Origin: Sarea resinae
Taxonomy: Eukaryota
DNA length: 64,000 bases
Direction of reading: 5' to 3'
NCBI GenBank assembly: GCA_026026165.1
Contig: JAPEUD010000009.1
Coordinates: 372,001-436,000, forward strand
Below the pieces are notes generated by a model that worked only from the letters and a program-made list of their open reading frames with translations, was not told the DNA's origin and searched no databases. Each line of letters opens with the position of its first letter. The stretch's first letter is position 1. Positions 26,162 through 39,552 of this stretch are shown here, in pieces. A program made the position numbers and the translations under genes.

Positions 26162-26450
26162 GGTCCGTTGGTGCAACCGGTTGCGGTCTTAAATTCGTGG
26201 CATAAATCAATGATTCCAAGTACGGTCGAAACCATCCCTTCCTTCATCGAGGAAGGTCGCAGGTTCGATCCCGAACGGCGGAGTAAGTCATAGCCAACAT
26301 TAAACAGCATAAATTGGGGAGAAGGGAAGAGTCGAAGAGAGTAAATTAATAAACTAAAAAAAAAAATGCTGCCTTTCGCATACTGGAGAGATCCAGTGAG
26401 ATAAACCGTCGGGTTTTCGTAGGACTGTTCGAAAGGACAGTCTGAGCTTT
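26162..26450 (+). other. Degenerate tRNA-like / Pol III-type structured element
   Basis: A-box-like TGGTGCAACCGG, B-box GGTTCGATCCC, canonically spaced tRNA 3' half, an A11 tract and several hairpins, two with GNRA loops. Confidence 0.4.
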
Positions 26451-26708
26451 TGAATAAATTAGTTTTACATTTTCTTTTGGAGATAGATGATTGCGATGCT
26501 TCTAGGACTGCAGGAAACATACATCATAGTTGGAAACGTCAACAAGACTGAGCTCTGATACCCGCTTTGAATGATGCTTTATTCACGAATACCACCGGCT
26601 CATCGATCCTGCTTTTCCTCAAAGATGGAAACGCCGCAACATGCGAATGTGCCTCCGGCGACCTTCCTCACCGACCGCTAATGTTACTGTGTTCATTCAA
26701 ACGACAAA

Positions 26709-28176
26709 TCAATCCTCTCTCCATCCGACGAATACCTCATCAGTTCTAAACCTCTGCCTCACCTCTCCCCAGCCCCACTCACCTCCCCAGGCTTTCTTCC
26801 CCACCTCGCTGCCATCTCTACCCCCACCGGCTCCCTTGCGCCCGCGACACCCATACTCACATAGCCCGGCCTGCGCAATCATGACGCCGTTGTCGATGCA
26901 GAAGCGTTCATCCGTGGCAAACACACTTGCACCACGCTCTTCGGCCATCAAGGCCATCATCTCCTGCAGGCGCACATTCGACCCCACTCCGCCGACTATG
27001 AGGACAGAGTCCGAGGACGTGTGAGAGAGCGCGCGTTCCGTTATCTCGACCAGTTGGCTGTACACGTGTTCTTGGAGGGAGTAGCAGAGGTCCGCGGCGG
27101 TGACTGGGGCCGGGGAGGTTGGCGGAGTGGGCAGCGATGAGGTGGTTTCGGTGGAAGGACTACGGGTCGGGGCAGTTGTTATGGGGGCGGTGGTTGAGGA
27201 GGCAGAGAGGTTGTGCGTGCGCGCGAGGGCGTCAATCGAGGCTAAGATCCCCGAGAATGAACAGTCCATTCCTTTGACCGTGTATGGCAGGTCGAGGAGT
27301 TGTTTGCCCCTGTTTTGAGCTATATAAGCTTCGTTTGGGCTTGGATTGTTGCGTTGAAACATGATATGGAAGAGGGGCAAAGTGCTATAGGGGAGGAGAA
27401 GAAGAAGAGGGGGGAACACACTGTTTGGCTAGCTGCTCGATATTGTATCCTGGGGCTGGATCGTTAGGGATGCCAAGCGTGCGTGCGAATCGGTCGAGAC
27501 AGTTTCCTACTGCTATGTCGAGCGCTTCGCCAAAGATGCGGTATCTAATCCTCTGTCAGGCTGGTTCTGTCGCGATACTTGACCTGTTGTGGGAGCAGAA
27601 CACGGTCGAGATAGAAAGAAGAAGGGAGAGATGTACCTCTGCTCGGCGTAAGCAATCACCTGTGTGTTCCCTCCGCTCACGTAGAGCACGACTGGGTCCT
27701 TGGCGCCTGTGATGTCGCGGCCCATTTCTATGTCTGTTATTCGTGCTCCTGTCAGCCTCGATTGCTCCGCGATTGTGCCCATCAATTCGATGTTCGGGGC
27801 TCTGGAGGCTCAGCTTACGTCCCACACAATGGTTCACGCCAACCAGCTCCTTTCCCCACAGCATGCTCAGCATGCGCGCCACGACAGCCACACTTTGCAG
27901 CGGCGCGCCCATGCCAGGTCCCTTGGTATAGCATATACAGTCGATGTCCGCAACGCGAACCCCCGCCTCCTTCAGCGCGCGCTTGATCAGCCGGATGATC
28001 CAGCTGCGGTGGTGTTTGGCGGTGTCCTTTGGAAGAAAGCCCTCGCCCGGGGGGGAGTTGTAGGTGTGGCGGAGGTTGGAGAGGATGATGGCGGGGCCGC
28101 TGCCGGGCGGGGAGGGGTGCTCGACGAGGCCTACGCCGAGCTTGTTGGCGGAGCCTTCGAGACCGAGTGCGATCAT
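26709..28176 (-). CDS. KAE1: tRNA N6-threonylcarbamoyladenosine synthase Kae1 (KEOPS)
   Basis: [65 protein letters not shown] end. Confidence 0.95.
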
Positions 28177-28624
28177 CGTGAAGGGAGCAGCTTGGGTGTC
28201 GCGCGGGAGATGCTTTGGTGCTCGAGGAATGACTTTCGGACGTGATGGCTGTGATGTCTTTGCGATATACGAGTAATACACGAGCAATAGACGAGTATCT
28301 TCATGTCTCTATCGATAGGGACCTTCCCTTAGGATGGTATGGTCGATATGGATGGAGCCGGTCGAAGTACCATGGAGGTAGTGCCAGCATACATCTGCCG
28401 CCGACAGTGTACCTGCCCAGTACGAGATCCACCGGCGCACCGTGTCTTTTCGTAATGCCTGTGCCGCGCGATTGATTTGGAGCCAAAGCACGGGCCACCA
28501 CTACGAACACACAGTAACTCACTCATCCGTCTCTCCATCCACCGTCTCACTTGTCTTCCTCCCCTCTGTTGTTTTCCTTCCTTTTCTTCTCATCCAGCAT
28601 AGCCGGTTTTCGTTCTTCCACAGC

Positions 28625-30275
28625 ATGGCGATGGACTTTGAGGAAAAATCTCACTCTTTCCTTCAATGGCTTGAGCAGATTCCCGCAGCTCATGTAAGCC
28701 GCAAGATTACATTGGCGGACCTGAGGAGCGGTGCGGCGGGTAGAGGTGTTGGTATGCTCTTTTCTGCTCTTTTTCCCACTTTTCCACTGATCTAAAAAAT
28801 TAAAACTGTGGCCTGCTCATATTACTTCTAGTGGCTCTGGAGGACATCGACGAGGATGAAGATCTCTTCACCATTCCCCGCTCCAGCCTCATCAGCGTCG
28901 AAAACTCGGACCTGCAGCAAAAACTCCCCAACGTCTTGGAAGAGCTAGACCCATGGCTCGCCCTGATATTGGTATTGATATACGAATACCGTAAAGGTCC
29001 GGAATCGCACTGGAAGCCCTATTTCGACGTCCTGCCGCAGCATTTCGACAGCCTGATGTTCTGGACCCCTGAGGAGCTCGCCGAATTGCAGGCCAGTGCC
29101 GTCGTGCAGAAGATCGGCAAGGAGAGCGCGGATGAGACTTTCAGAAGCCAGATCGTTCCTGTTGTTCAGGCTCATCCCGACGTCTTCTCCTCGGACAGTG
29201 GCCTCCTATCTGATTCATATGTGCTGGCGCTGGCGCATAGGATGGGCTCGACCATCATGGCCTACGCTTTCGACCTTGAAAAAGACGAGAGCAAGCAAGA
29301 AGAGGACGAGGACGGCTTCATCACGGATGATGAGGATGAAGCTCTCCCCAAGGGCATGGTGCCGCTAGCAGACATGCTCAACGCCAACGCCGACAGAAAC
29401 AACGTGAGCAAGCATCCTACTGCTTCCTCTTATTCGTTAGACTAATCATCTCTCGAAAGGCCCGCCTCTTCTACGGTCCAGCAACATTGACCATGAAGAG
29501 CCTCAAGCCAGTCATGAAGGGCGAGGAGCTCTTCAATGACTATGGGCCTCTACCACGCTCGGACCTTCTCCGCCGTTACGGCTACATCACGCCCAACTAC
29601 GCCCAGTACGACGTCGTTGAGCTCTCCACTGCCGCCATCGCAACAGCGGCCGCCGAACAAACAGGCCTTACTCCCAAAGACCAAGAAAAAAGAGTAATGA
29701 ACCCCCCCAGCCGTCCCTCTTGGTTCCTCGTTCCCGCGAATCCTAAAACAAATTAGAGCCGTCCAATTGACCTTCCCCCTTTTCCAATCTAGCTCGAATA
29801 CCTCACCGCCCACGATATCCTAGACGATGCCTACGATCTCAGCCACCCCTCCGCGTCCTCGCCACCGTCCTGCTTCCCGCCGGACCTCCTCATCCTCGTG
29901 AACACCCTCCTCCTCTCCGCTCCCGCCTACAAAACTCATCGCAGCGCCCGCACTCTCCCATCCCCAAACCTCTCAGCTACCGCCGCACAAATCTTGCAGA
30001 AAGTCTTAAAACACCGAGCAGCTGAATACGGAACTGACATCCGAACGGACGAGTCACTGCTGTCCAGAGATAGCGGGTTGAGTCCGCGCACGAGACTCGC
30101 GGTCGAGGTACGATTGGGCGAGAAGAGGATCTTGGAAGAGGCGTTCAGAGAGCTGGAGGTCGTGTTGGCCGAGAGTCAAGGATCCAGCAGCGCTGCCCTT
30201 CCTGGCAGGAAAAGGAGTGTCGATCCCGACGCCGATGGCCCTTCAGCGAGCAGCAGGAGGCCACGAATAAGGTGA
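28625..30275 (+). CDS. SET-domain lysine methyltransferase (SETD6/Rkm4-like)
   Basis: AGRGVVALEDI, MVPLADMLNA, GEELFNDYGPLPRSDLLRRYGY and a Rubisco-LSMT-type C-terminal domain. Confidence 0.87.
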
Positions 30276-30763
30276 TTGAGGACTGAACAGGAAAATCTGG
30301 AGCAAGTAAGTGTGCATGTCCGACTTTTCTTTAAAAGGCATTTTGAGGACACTTGAGTGGCATGCAGCGCATTTGCCTTGCAGACTTACTTTATCAAGAC
30401 AAGCATGAACTGTTTCTGTGCTTTATTGATTTGATCTGTTTTAATTTGGTATCTATTTCTATCCGCTCTGGGACTAATCAACTGTGACCACTAGTTTACA
30501 CGCTCAACGCCCATTCCTTTTCTTCATCTTCTGCTTCGACTCTCAAGTCCTCTCAGCAAGTAGCTTGGAGAATGGCAAATTCCTGACGCGCTTTCCCTGA
30601 AGTAGACCATGTCTTCATACAAATGCTGGTCTAAGCAGCTTGTCCAGACACCGTCGATGGACGACCGAGAGATAATATACAAGGGTGGCGGGACTGGAAC
30701 GGAGTGAGAGAGATGTGATAGTCCATCAAGCCGCCGGTGGATGACGGCATACAAGATTTCCAA

Positions 30764-30794
30764 TCACGACGCCGTGGACGTGGGCTTGGGATGT

Positions 30795-30826
<32 letters not shown>

Positions 30827-32811
30827 CTGTTGCATCTGAGCACCATGCGCCGCAGTATTAACAGCATGACTCACGGAACCACCGTGGCCATGGCCATGCA
30901 TCGTCGACGACACATCTACATGAGCACGACGAGCGGCCTGCAGCTGTGCAGCCTGATGTGCGGCATCTCGATTGCTCGCCAAGATGGAGGCCCGATACCG
31001 CATGCGCATCGTGTCATACGGATCAACGAGATATGTGGGCTCTTCGTCGCTATCATCTTGATCGTATTTGAAACGGTCAAAGACATTTTCGTCAACGCCC
31101 TCTCTTGACTGCAAACGCATTCCTCGGCGGTCGATCATGAGTCGGCCTCCTCTGCCTATTCGTCGTCGGAAGGATGGGTGTGTGCGACCAGGGCCGTCAT
31201 ATGTGGGAGAAGCATACCGGACGGCTACGGTGTGTTCGGAGTGGTCCTTTTCAGGGGTCGATGGAGCTCGATCTGGCTGATCAATGTCCATGGAATTTTC
31301 AGAGGATACGGATGCAGGTGGAGTGGGGAGATATTCTGTGATGGCGGCGCGGAAACTCGAGTTGGTGCTCTCTTCCGGAGGCGGGCTCAGTGGTGCGCGG
31401 GTCATGTCGACGTAACCTGTGTTCCACTTTTGGTGCTGTGCAATCTTGGATTCGATCTCTCGCTGGATCTCGTTTTCCTTCCCGGCCAACACGTCCTGCA
31501 GAGAGACGAGGTCGGCTTCCGCAGGACGGCCGTCCGATCGATTCGGCAGCCGTAATTGCGTGGATGGCCGTTGCGACTGGGATGGCTCGGCTGCCTTCTT
31601 TTTCTGCGGCTGTAACGGGGTCAGCAACATGATCAAACTCGTGCCTGAAGATGGTCTTACCTTCGCGTTGATGAGGTCCTCGTCGTTGTCCTTGATACCG
31701 AGCCGTCTCTTGGTTTCCTTGAACCTGAGACGCTGCTCGAAGAGCTGTCTGTCAATGGCCAACAACTCCCGTCTGTGAACTTCGCGCTGCTTCACCATGG
31801 CAACCAACTGTCGAGCTTCTTCCAGCTCCTTCCTCAACTTCTTCAGCTTCTCGGCGCTTTGAGCATCTCTACCGCGAGTCTTTCGAGCTTGGCGAACCTC
31901 ACGTCTACGGAAACAGACATAGGGGTCGGCGTCATCAGTATCCTGGCCCGTCTCGAACTGTATCAGGTCAGCATCCAGCACTTTCGGACGACATGGAAGA
32001 ACCCTACCTTCAGACTAGGCATCAGCGTCTTGTTGCCACGCCTTAATCTCTGGCTCTTCCAGTGCTCATAAACATCTTTCGCGAAAGGTCTTGCACTCAT
32101 ATCCACCGTCTCGTCGAAGAAACTCTCCATCTCCTCAAAGGGCAGGACGGGGGCATTGTCTACGGCGGCAAAAGGCTGTTTCGACTGGGCAGTCTCCTCG
32201 AAGAAGCTCATGAGCTCCTCGAATTGATCTTCGGAGCATTGCGCCGACCCGACCCGTTTCTGATTGATCGACTTCAGATACGCTTCATCCTCGGTGGTCA
32301 TGCAATACGGGCACCCTGTACAGTCCTCGACCGTTGACGAGAAGCGGATGTACGTTGCCGGGTACGGGTACCGCAGGGCATACAGACGGTCATAATCGAT
32401 ATTGCTGGGAACAGCATCTGGGGTGGGGATGTATATCTGAGCGACCTTGCCTCCGACCGCCGCAGCTTGGGAAGCGGAGATGGCAGCTTGCAAATGGTGT
32501 TCCTGATCATATCAAGACCAGTCAGCTCTGTTTTTTTTGGGTCATCTGCCAGCAGCTCCTTCTTTCGTCTTCTCTATCAAAATCGATACAACGAAAGCAC
32601 GTGACCGAGACTTGATGCGCTGCTAAGTTTAGGAAGAGCCGGTACTTACAATCTCCTCGCCCTTCTCGACGCCGGTGTCGACCTTGGGGATGTTCCTCTG
32701 CTGGTCATCCTCGATCTTCTCGACCTGATCCTCACGCAGGATCTGCAGCGTCTGCTTGGTGCTCAGTTTGCGCTGGCGGAATCGCGCTCCCGCCGCGCCT
32801 GCGCGCGTCAT
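30764..32811 (-). CDS. EPL1: Enhancer of polycomb-like protein (NuA4 subunit)
   Basis: RFRQRKLSTKQ, TGVEKGEE, TYIRFSSTVEDC, DPYVCFRRRE, RRRIGRGGRLMIDRR. Confidence 0.95.
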
Positions 32812-34256
32812 GTGTGTGGTGGGAGCCACGACGACGACTCACCACTTGGTCACTCGCCCCGAGACAGAGGTAGAGGTACCTCAGTGGCCGAGGTGTCCAA
32901 GCGAAGGTAAGATGGAATTCAGTGTAGGAGTGACTTCTCCCTTGTGCTGTAGCGAGGCGAGCAGCGAGGTACCTCTGCCCTTCTCTCGCCGCAGTAGAGT
33001 ACAGAATGCAGAGTACCGCGACCGAGCAGGACAAAGCGAGCGACAATGGCAGGCAAGCAGAGAGAAAAGAAAAACTCGTACGACGACCACAGCCAGATTC
33101 GCCACCCGGACCCGACCGTCGGATCACGCCCCCCGAAAGCAAGAGACAGCAGCAAAGCACGCACGCAAACAAAAGAGCGGTTCCTCTCGCGTTCGTAGGT
33201 CGTAACGTCGTTTCAGAAGACAGGGCGTCGATGGTGATGGTATTGGGATCTCGTGATGCCGTAGTAATGAGCGTTCGTGGCAGCGGCCCATAAATAGATC
33301 GCTGGACGTTGCGGATGCGTTTTTCGTGCGCGCAGGAGATGGGATGTCGTTGGGGATGGGGCCGTCGCCGTGCTGCCTGTCTGCGCTCTTTTCCGGTGAT
33401 GGGGAGGGGAGATTGGGCTCGATGGGCGCAATGGGCGGCTGGTATGACGCCGTCGGCGTGTCTGGTTGGTCGCGTAAGCGAGCCCGGGCCTGGAAAGGGG
33501 CTGTTAAAGCGGCGTCTGATATCAGACTGTCGGCATGCCGCTTGGCCGCTTTGGGTAATCTTGATATTGATTCATGGATGCTCTCTTGTGTGTACGATCT
33601 GGATGGATTGCTTCAGAACTTTTCTTCTTGTTCTCTATTCTTGCCAGGTGATATCCTCTAGTCTAGTGTGTTGTCGTCTAGGTGGTGAAGTGGTGGTCCT
33701 AAGAAGAGGACCTGAAAAGAAAGTGAGTAAGTGGGTGAGTGAGTGTTTCGAGTACTATGTAGAGTGAGAGATTCACATCACAGTCCGAACACTCATAATT
33801 GGATACCTCTCAATTGTACGTCATAAGTCTTACTTTACATTCACACCTACTACTGACCTTGCATGGGCGAGAGAGTAGGTGATTAAGGTAGGCAGGTAGC
33901 TAGCTAGCTAGACGGGGGGGAGAGGTAAGCAAACTAGCCAGCTAGCAAGCAAGTACGGTAGGCATCGGATGTGATCAGAAAGGCAAGGATTCAGTAATGA
34001 GTGCATGCAATTCTTTTCTCATGCTCGAGGCTCCAAACATCCCCAGTCTGTGTTTCAATGCTGATTGTATTGGTAGCTCTCTCTTCTGTGATGCATCGAA
34101 GGAACGCCGCCCCTGGGGGCAAAAGACATGTCTGATTCGCGATGACGACAAGGATGGCAGTGTAATTGAGATCAGCCATGTCCTTCGAAAATCATAGTTG
34201 CAAGATGCTAGAGACCTTGATGAAGCTGGCTTGGCTTCAACCCGTGCGCCACGCTC

Positions 34257-34257
<1 letters not shown>

Positions 34258-34305
<48 letters not shown>
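34258..34305. repeat. (AG)24 microsatellite
   Basis: Uninterrupted AG dinucleotide run just downstream of the BDP1 stop codon. Confidence 0.95.
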
Positions 34306-34306
<1 letters not shown>

Positions 34307-34377
34307 ACGATAGACCTGTGCGAGAACGTGGAGCCAGATAGAGAAAACGATGAGAGAAGAGGAGAGCAGCCATGGCC

Positions 34378-36343
34378 TTACTGCGCGAAATCCTCGATGC
34401 TTCCCAGGATCTCGACCTCTTCCCCTCCACCGTTCCGGCTGTGCAGATTCTTCTTCTTCTTTTTACTCTTCGTAGCGCCTCTCTTCCCGTTTGCATTACC
34501 CATCGCCGATGCCGCGCCCGCGCCAAAGCCTCCGTTATTCTCCTTCGCGGACGACTCGTCAGCGCCTCCACCTGCAGCCCCATCGGGACCAAACCCGCCA
34601 GTTCCCCTCTGGCTCAACGTCTCCGCCGCCTTGGTCGCTGCCGCCGCCGCCTCAGCCTCGTAGGCCTTGGCCTGCTCGTCCAACTCGCGCTGCAAGATCT
34701 GCGGATCCGCATACTCCTCATTGGTGAGCAAGGAATACGCGGCCAGATCAACAGGGAGGCGCGGACCGGTGAGCGCGGCGTTGATGCGCTGCAAATCGAC
34801 ACGCTCCTCTTTGCAGAACTTCAACTTGATCTGCCGCCGCGTGCGGTCGGGGAACATCTTACTGATCATCATGAAGTCGGTGCCGAACATGGACAGGCCC
34901 TTGTAGAAGAGGTCGGTCAGCTCCTCGGTCCAGGGCTCCGTCTTCTCGCGCTTGAGCCACGAGCCGGCGTTGACGCGCCGCGTCAGCTCGTTTTCTTCGA
35001 CCTCGTCTCGGTCGGCTTCATCGATGCCGGCGGCCGCGTTGGCGTGCCGATCGATCTGCAGCGATTGGTCATCCAGCACGATCTGGCCGTTGACAATTCG
35101 CATTTGGGGTGCTGAGATGGCGGCGCTTCGTTGTTCGCGGCCGGCACGCTCGAGTCGCTGATCTACGCTCTCAGAGGAGGGTTCTTCGCCACTTTCTTGC
35201 CGCTCCTTGCGCTGTTTCTGCCGTTTCGAGGCCGCGGTGGAATCCATCTTCCGTAGTTGACTTTCACGCGTGGATTTCTTGCCGGTCCGTAGATCCTTGC
35301 ATAGGTCGGCCATTTTGATCTCGTGGGGAACAATTTCGGTATTCTCTGCGTCTTCTGGGGTGGGCTCTCGTCGTCTTCGTTTCTTTACAGCAGCCGTCTC
35401 CGGTTGCGCAGCAACGTCTGCTGAGACGCCTTCCACTATGGCCGCGGGGGGAGCCTTCGTTCTGGGTTTGCGTACAGCGCGGGGTTTAGGTTGCTTCTTG
35501 GCAGGAGCTGCAGAGGTTCCCTCTGCCGGAGACGGTTGTGTAGCGCTTTGAGCGCCAGGCTCGGACTGAGCAGTAGGAGCAGGCGTTTGCTCTTGAGATT
35601 CTGTGATGAAAGCCGGAGCCTTGGTACGTTTCGGTTGAGGTTTTTGCTGAGCTGCTTTTGTTTTGCGCCGCTTGGCCGGAGGCTCAATGGAAGGAAGCGC
35701 CTCGGTCACTGAGCTGCGACGTCGAAGCGCTTCATTTTCAGCTAGAACTGCAGCTGTTGTAGATACAGTCGTAGATTGGACTTCTGGTTCGATCGAAGCT
35801 GGTTGGGTCGCACTTGGCGTGCGTCCTTCGGGATCTGTAGATTGAGGGCGGACGGCATCGCTGGCTGGTGGTGTTGGAAGTACTGGTACCTCACCGGATT
35901 TTGGGGCATGTCGCTCCTCTTCCTCCTCACGATGCGTTATGGGTACTTGAGATGCAGACTTGGGAGTAGTATCTGAAGGGAGGTCGCTTGGCGTCGCAGA
36001 CACGGGTGTTGGCTCTGGTGCTTTTGTTGTTGATGGAGCTGTTGGTTCGGAGATAGTAGAAGGTGCTGGCTGCGAAGATGGGACTGTAGTTTCGGGAGCA
36101 GAGGGAGATGCTGACGGGGCGATGACAGCTGGAGGCTGAGGGGTTTGTGAAGGGGTCTGTCTTTCGACGCTTGCTCTCACAGCAGATGATGCGGGAGCAG
36201 CCGCACCCGGACGACGACGCTGGGCCGGGGCCTTTGGTGCGAGCTTTTTGCCCGACTTGTCTGCGAAGAGATTAGCAGGAGTCGAAGGAAATGAGGCGCG
36301 AGAGGTTGAACCTACTGATGACGGAACTCCCGAATGTCGACAT
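34378..36343 (-). CDS. BDP1: TFIIIB subunit B'' (Bdp1)
   Basis: Spliced start MSTFGSSVINKSGKKLAPK; APQMRIVNGQIVLD; SANT domain WTEELTDLFYKGLSMFGTDFMMISKMFPDRTRRQIKLKF. Confidence 0.92.
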
Positions 36344-37003
36344 GATGAGTCTTCTCTATGTGCCAATGGGCATAGAGCCGGGAGAGGGCGAGGTCGAATA
36401 GGACAGACTCATCTACGACACAATTGAAGTCGAGATGAGGTTGACGCGAGAGCCGAATGTGATGAAGATGGGGAAGATGGGGAAGATGAGGAAGATGAGG
36501 ACGAGCTGATGAAGAGGGACCATGGTCAATAATTATCTGATCATCGATAGGCAAAGACGATGATCTATCGAGTGGAGCCCGCTCATTGGCCGACGTAGCG
36601 ACAGAGGTGAAACGGTATCTCATATATCTCGGCGGGCGCAGTTTGCATCCCTGGTATCGCTGCCCAGTCTAACTGCATCGGATCGGGGAGAGCGTTCGGC
36701 TGCCAAAATCTCACGAATGGATCTCGTCGTCCGTTTCCTTTCTTCTCATTCGCCGCAATTACAACATCACCTCTCTCTCCCATTCACTACCTTACCTACC
36801 TACTCTGCATCCTACATCCACCACCTTCACTTCTCATCACCACCACCTTCTTTTCCTCCTCTTCCCCCTCCTCCTTCCTCCTTCACCTTCATCTTCACCT
36901 TCATCGACTGCCTGTCTCGACTCGCATTCATCCATCTTGTAGGCCATCTTGGGAAGGGCAGGGCGTCCTGAACTGGTCAGACGCCTTGTCGTTGTCGGTA
37001 CTG

Positions 37004-39552
37004 ATGAGGCTCGCCGAGGCTTGTCCGGTCCCCCTTCCCTCTGCTGGTGTCGTCAAGATGGACGATCGGAAGAGACCAGCAGCTCATGATCACAATGATG
37101 CTACGCCACCGTTGAAGAAACACGTCACGTCCGTCAACGGCGTGAGTAGGCCTCATCCCGATGCCGACATGCCATGGAAGGACGAACTCGAGGTTCGTAC
37201 GATCCCAATACCCTCGCATCACCACCCTGGTCCGAGTAGGCCTCGAGCTCTGTCGAGGCGATCGTCGCACAAGTATCAATTGCTGACTTCGTATATGGCA
37301 CTCAGCGTTTCCAAAAAGATGCCATCTTTCGACAGATGCAAGAGTACAAACGTGAGAGGAGTACCTTGGAAGGTCGACTTGCCGAATTGACCAAGAAATT
37401 CACGTACCACGATGACCACCTCCGCGTAATCGATACCTGGTTCAAGCAGGTGAGCGCCTTCAATTCCATTGGATCCAGTAAAAAGTCACGAGGGCTGACC
37501 TCGTCTTGTAGCTTCTCGATGAGATCAAGATCATATCGAATCAGACCGATAAACTCGGATTCGATGCCAATGACGAAGGTAGCTATCCACTCTTGAATCC
37601 CTCGGCTTGTCCGATCCTAATATTCATCAGACAAGCCCTCGTTCCCCTCGGCTCTACTCTTCGCCGACAATGAGAAGTTCGAAGCACATCTCAAGGCCAG
37701 GTCCAAAGACATCCGATCCGCTATCTCTCAAGTATTTGCAAATCCTCCTTCGGCGTCACCTGATGTTGTAGATCTCCAAGGCCGCTTGTCGCAATTGTTA
37801 GCGTCCGAAAAGACCCACATTACAGATCTTGAGACCGTTCGCGCCGAGAAAGAACAATTGGAAGAACGTCTGGAAAATGCCTCATTTCGATATATGGTCG
37901 CGGAGAAAAAGCTGGAGCGCGCTAAGAGTGCGGCGGTAGCGAAATTAGAGAGACAGGCAATCTTTGGTGGGCGCAATGAAGCAGGAAGCGGCATTGGAAG
38001 TCCGGGTCAAAGCTCTTCAAATGTTAAAACGGAGGGTGGTACCAATGGTGTGACGGAAAACAGTGAAGGCATTGCCGAAGCTGAAACCGCTCGCAAAGAA
38101 GCAGTAGCAGCCGCACAGAAGCAGAAGGAGCAGCTCGACAAGTTAGAGGCAGAAAACACGAAACTGCAAGAGCATCTCACTGCCGCCAATGCTAGAGTAA
38201 GTTCTACCAATAGCATTCATCATATTGTCACTGACCTGGACACAGCTATCACGCTTATCTGATGATGACTACGCACGAACCGATCTCTTTAAGCAATTGA
38301 AATCGCAGCACGAAGATGTTATCAAGCGGATCAACCACCTTGAGGCTACCAATGTTCAACTTCGTGAAGAAGCAGAAAAGCTACAAGCTGAACGTACAGC
38401 CTATCGAATCCAGATGGAGAATGAATCTCAGGCAGCCATTGGCGACGTCGAAAGTCGTTTGGCTCGAGCGGAAAGCGACCTTGCTCGGATTAGAAATGGT
38501 CGTGACGAGCTCATCGTGGATATCACGATGCGGAAAGCCGCTCAGGATCAAGAGAAGGTGACTACGGAACAAGTCAAAGAATTGGCAGAAGCTCGGGACA
38601 AGCGCATTGATGCTCTAGAGTCGGAAGTTGGCAGATTACGGCTGCAACTCGGAGAAAACGACACCGTTGCGGGATCGGCGTCTGATATTGAAGGACTCTC
38701 ATTGGAAGAACTTCGAACCAAATACCAGACGTTGGAAAAGAAATACTCCCTGCTTAGTAGCGAACTCCCTTCAATGGGTGAAGCTTGGAAGAAGGCTTCG
38801 ACACTTGCCTCGAAGAAAGTGGCCGAGTTTGCTGGATGGGAAGAGAAAGTGGCGCGATTGAGTGCAGAGAAGACCAAAGCAGATCAGAAGTATTTCGGAG
38901 CCATGAAGGCAAAGGAGTCCCGTGAAGCCGAAGTCAGATCATTGAGAAATCAAAATCAAAAGAGCTCGGGGATCGTCACTCAACTGAAGGAGGCAGAGAG
39001 TCATACTCGGACTCTGGTCACCAACCTCGAAAAGCAGCTAAGCGAGACGAAAGAAGCTCTGACGACGATGACGAATCAGCAGCGAGCCTTGCAGCAGCAA
39101 GTCTCTGAGCGCGTCATCACCGAGGATGGGCTCAAGACGCAAGTCAATGAATTGAAGCAGCTACTTGCTACTAAGGATACTTCACTCTCCGCCAGCGCTC
39201 ATTCCCAGAGGCAAGCCGAATCCGACCTCGAGCGTCTCAAGGTCCGACTCGAAGAAACTAAAAAGAGTCTGGAATCCTGGAAGAGCAAGAGTCTGGGCAA
39301 TCAAAGTCAAGAATACGAATCTCTGCGAGTTAGTCTGACCCCAATCATTCGTGTGAAGATGGTATTGACGTTTCATAGAGTATTGCCATTTGCACCGTGT
39401 GCAGGAAGAACTTCAAGAATACCGCGATCAAGACTTGTGGACATGTCTTCTGTCAAGAATGTGTCGAGGAGCGAATCCAGTCACGGTCCCGGAAGTGCCC
39501 GAATTGCAACCGGCCCTTCGGATCCAACGACTATCTGCACGTCACTCTTTAA
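37004..39552 (+). CDS. BRE1: E3 ubiquitin ligase Bre1 (histone H2B)
   Basis: RFQKDAIFRQMQEYKRE, EKTKADQKYFGAMK and C-terminal RING CTVC..CGHVFCQEC..CPNC. Alternative start at MDDRKR (37058). Confidence 0.95.

Noticed and set aside
26162..26283. tRNA-Sec or opal-suppressor tRNA (UCA triplet)
   Set aside because: No long variable arm or 9/4 fold, a broken T stem and a pyrimidine at position 37. The Sec machinery is also not known in Dikarya.
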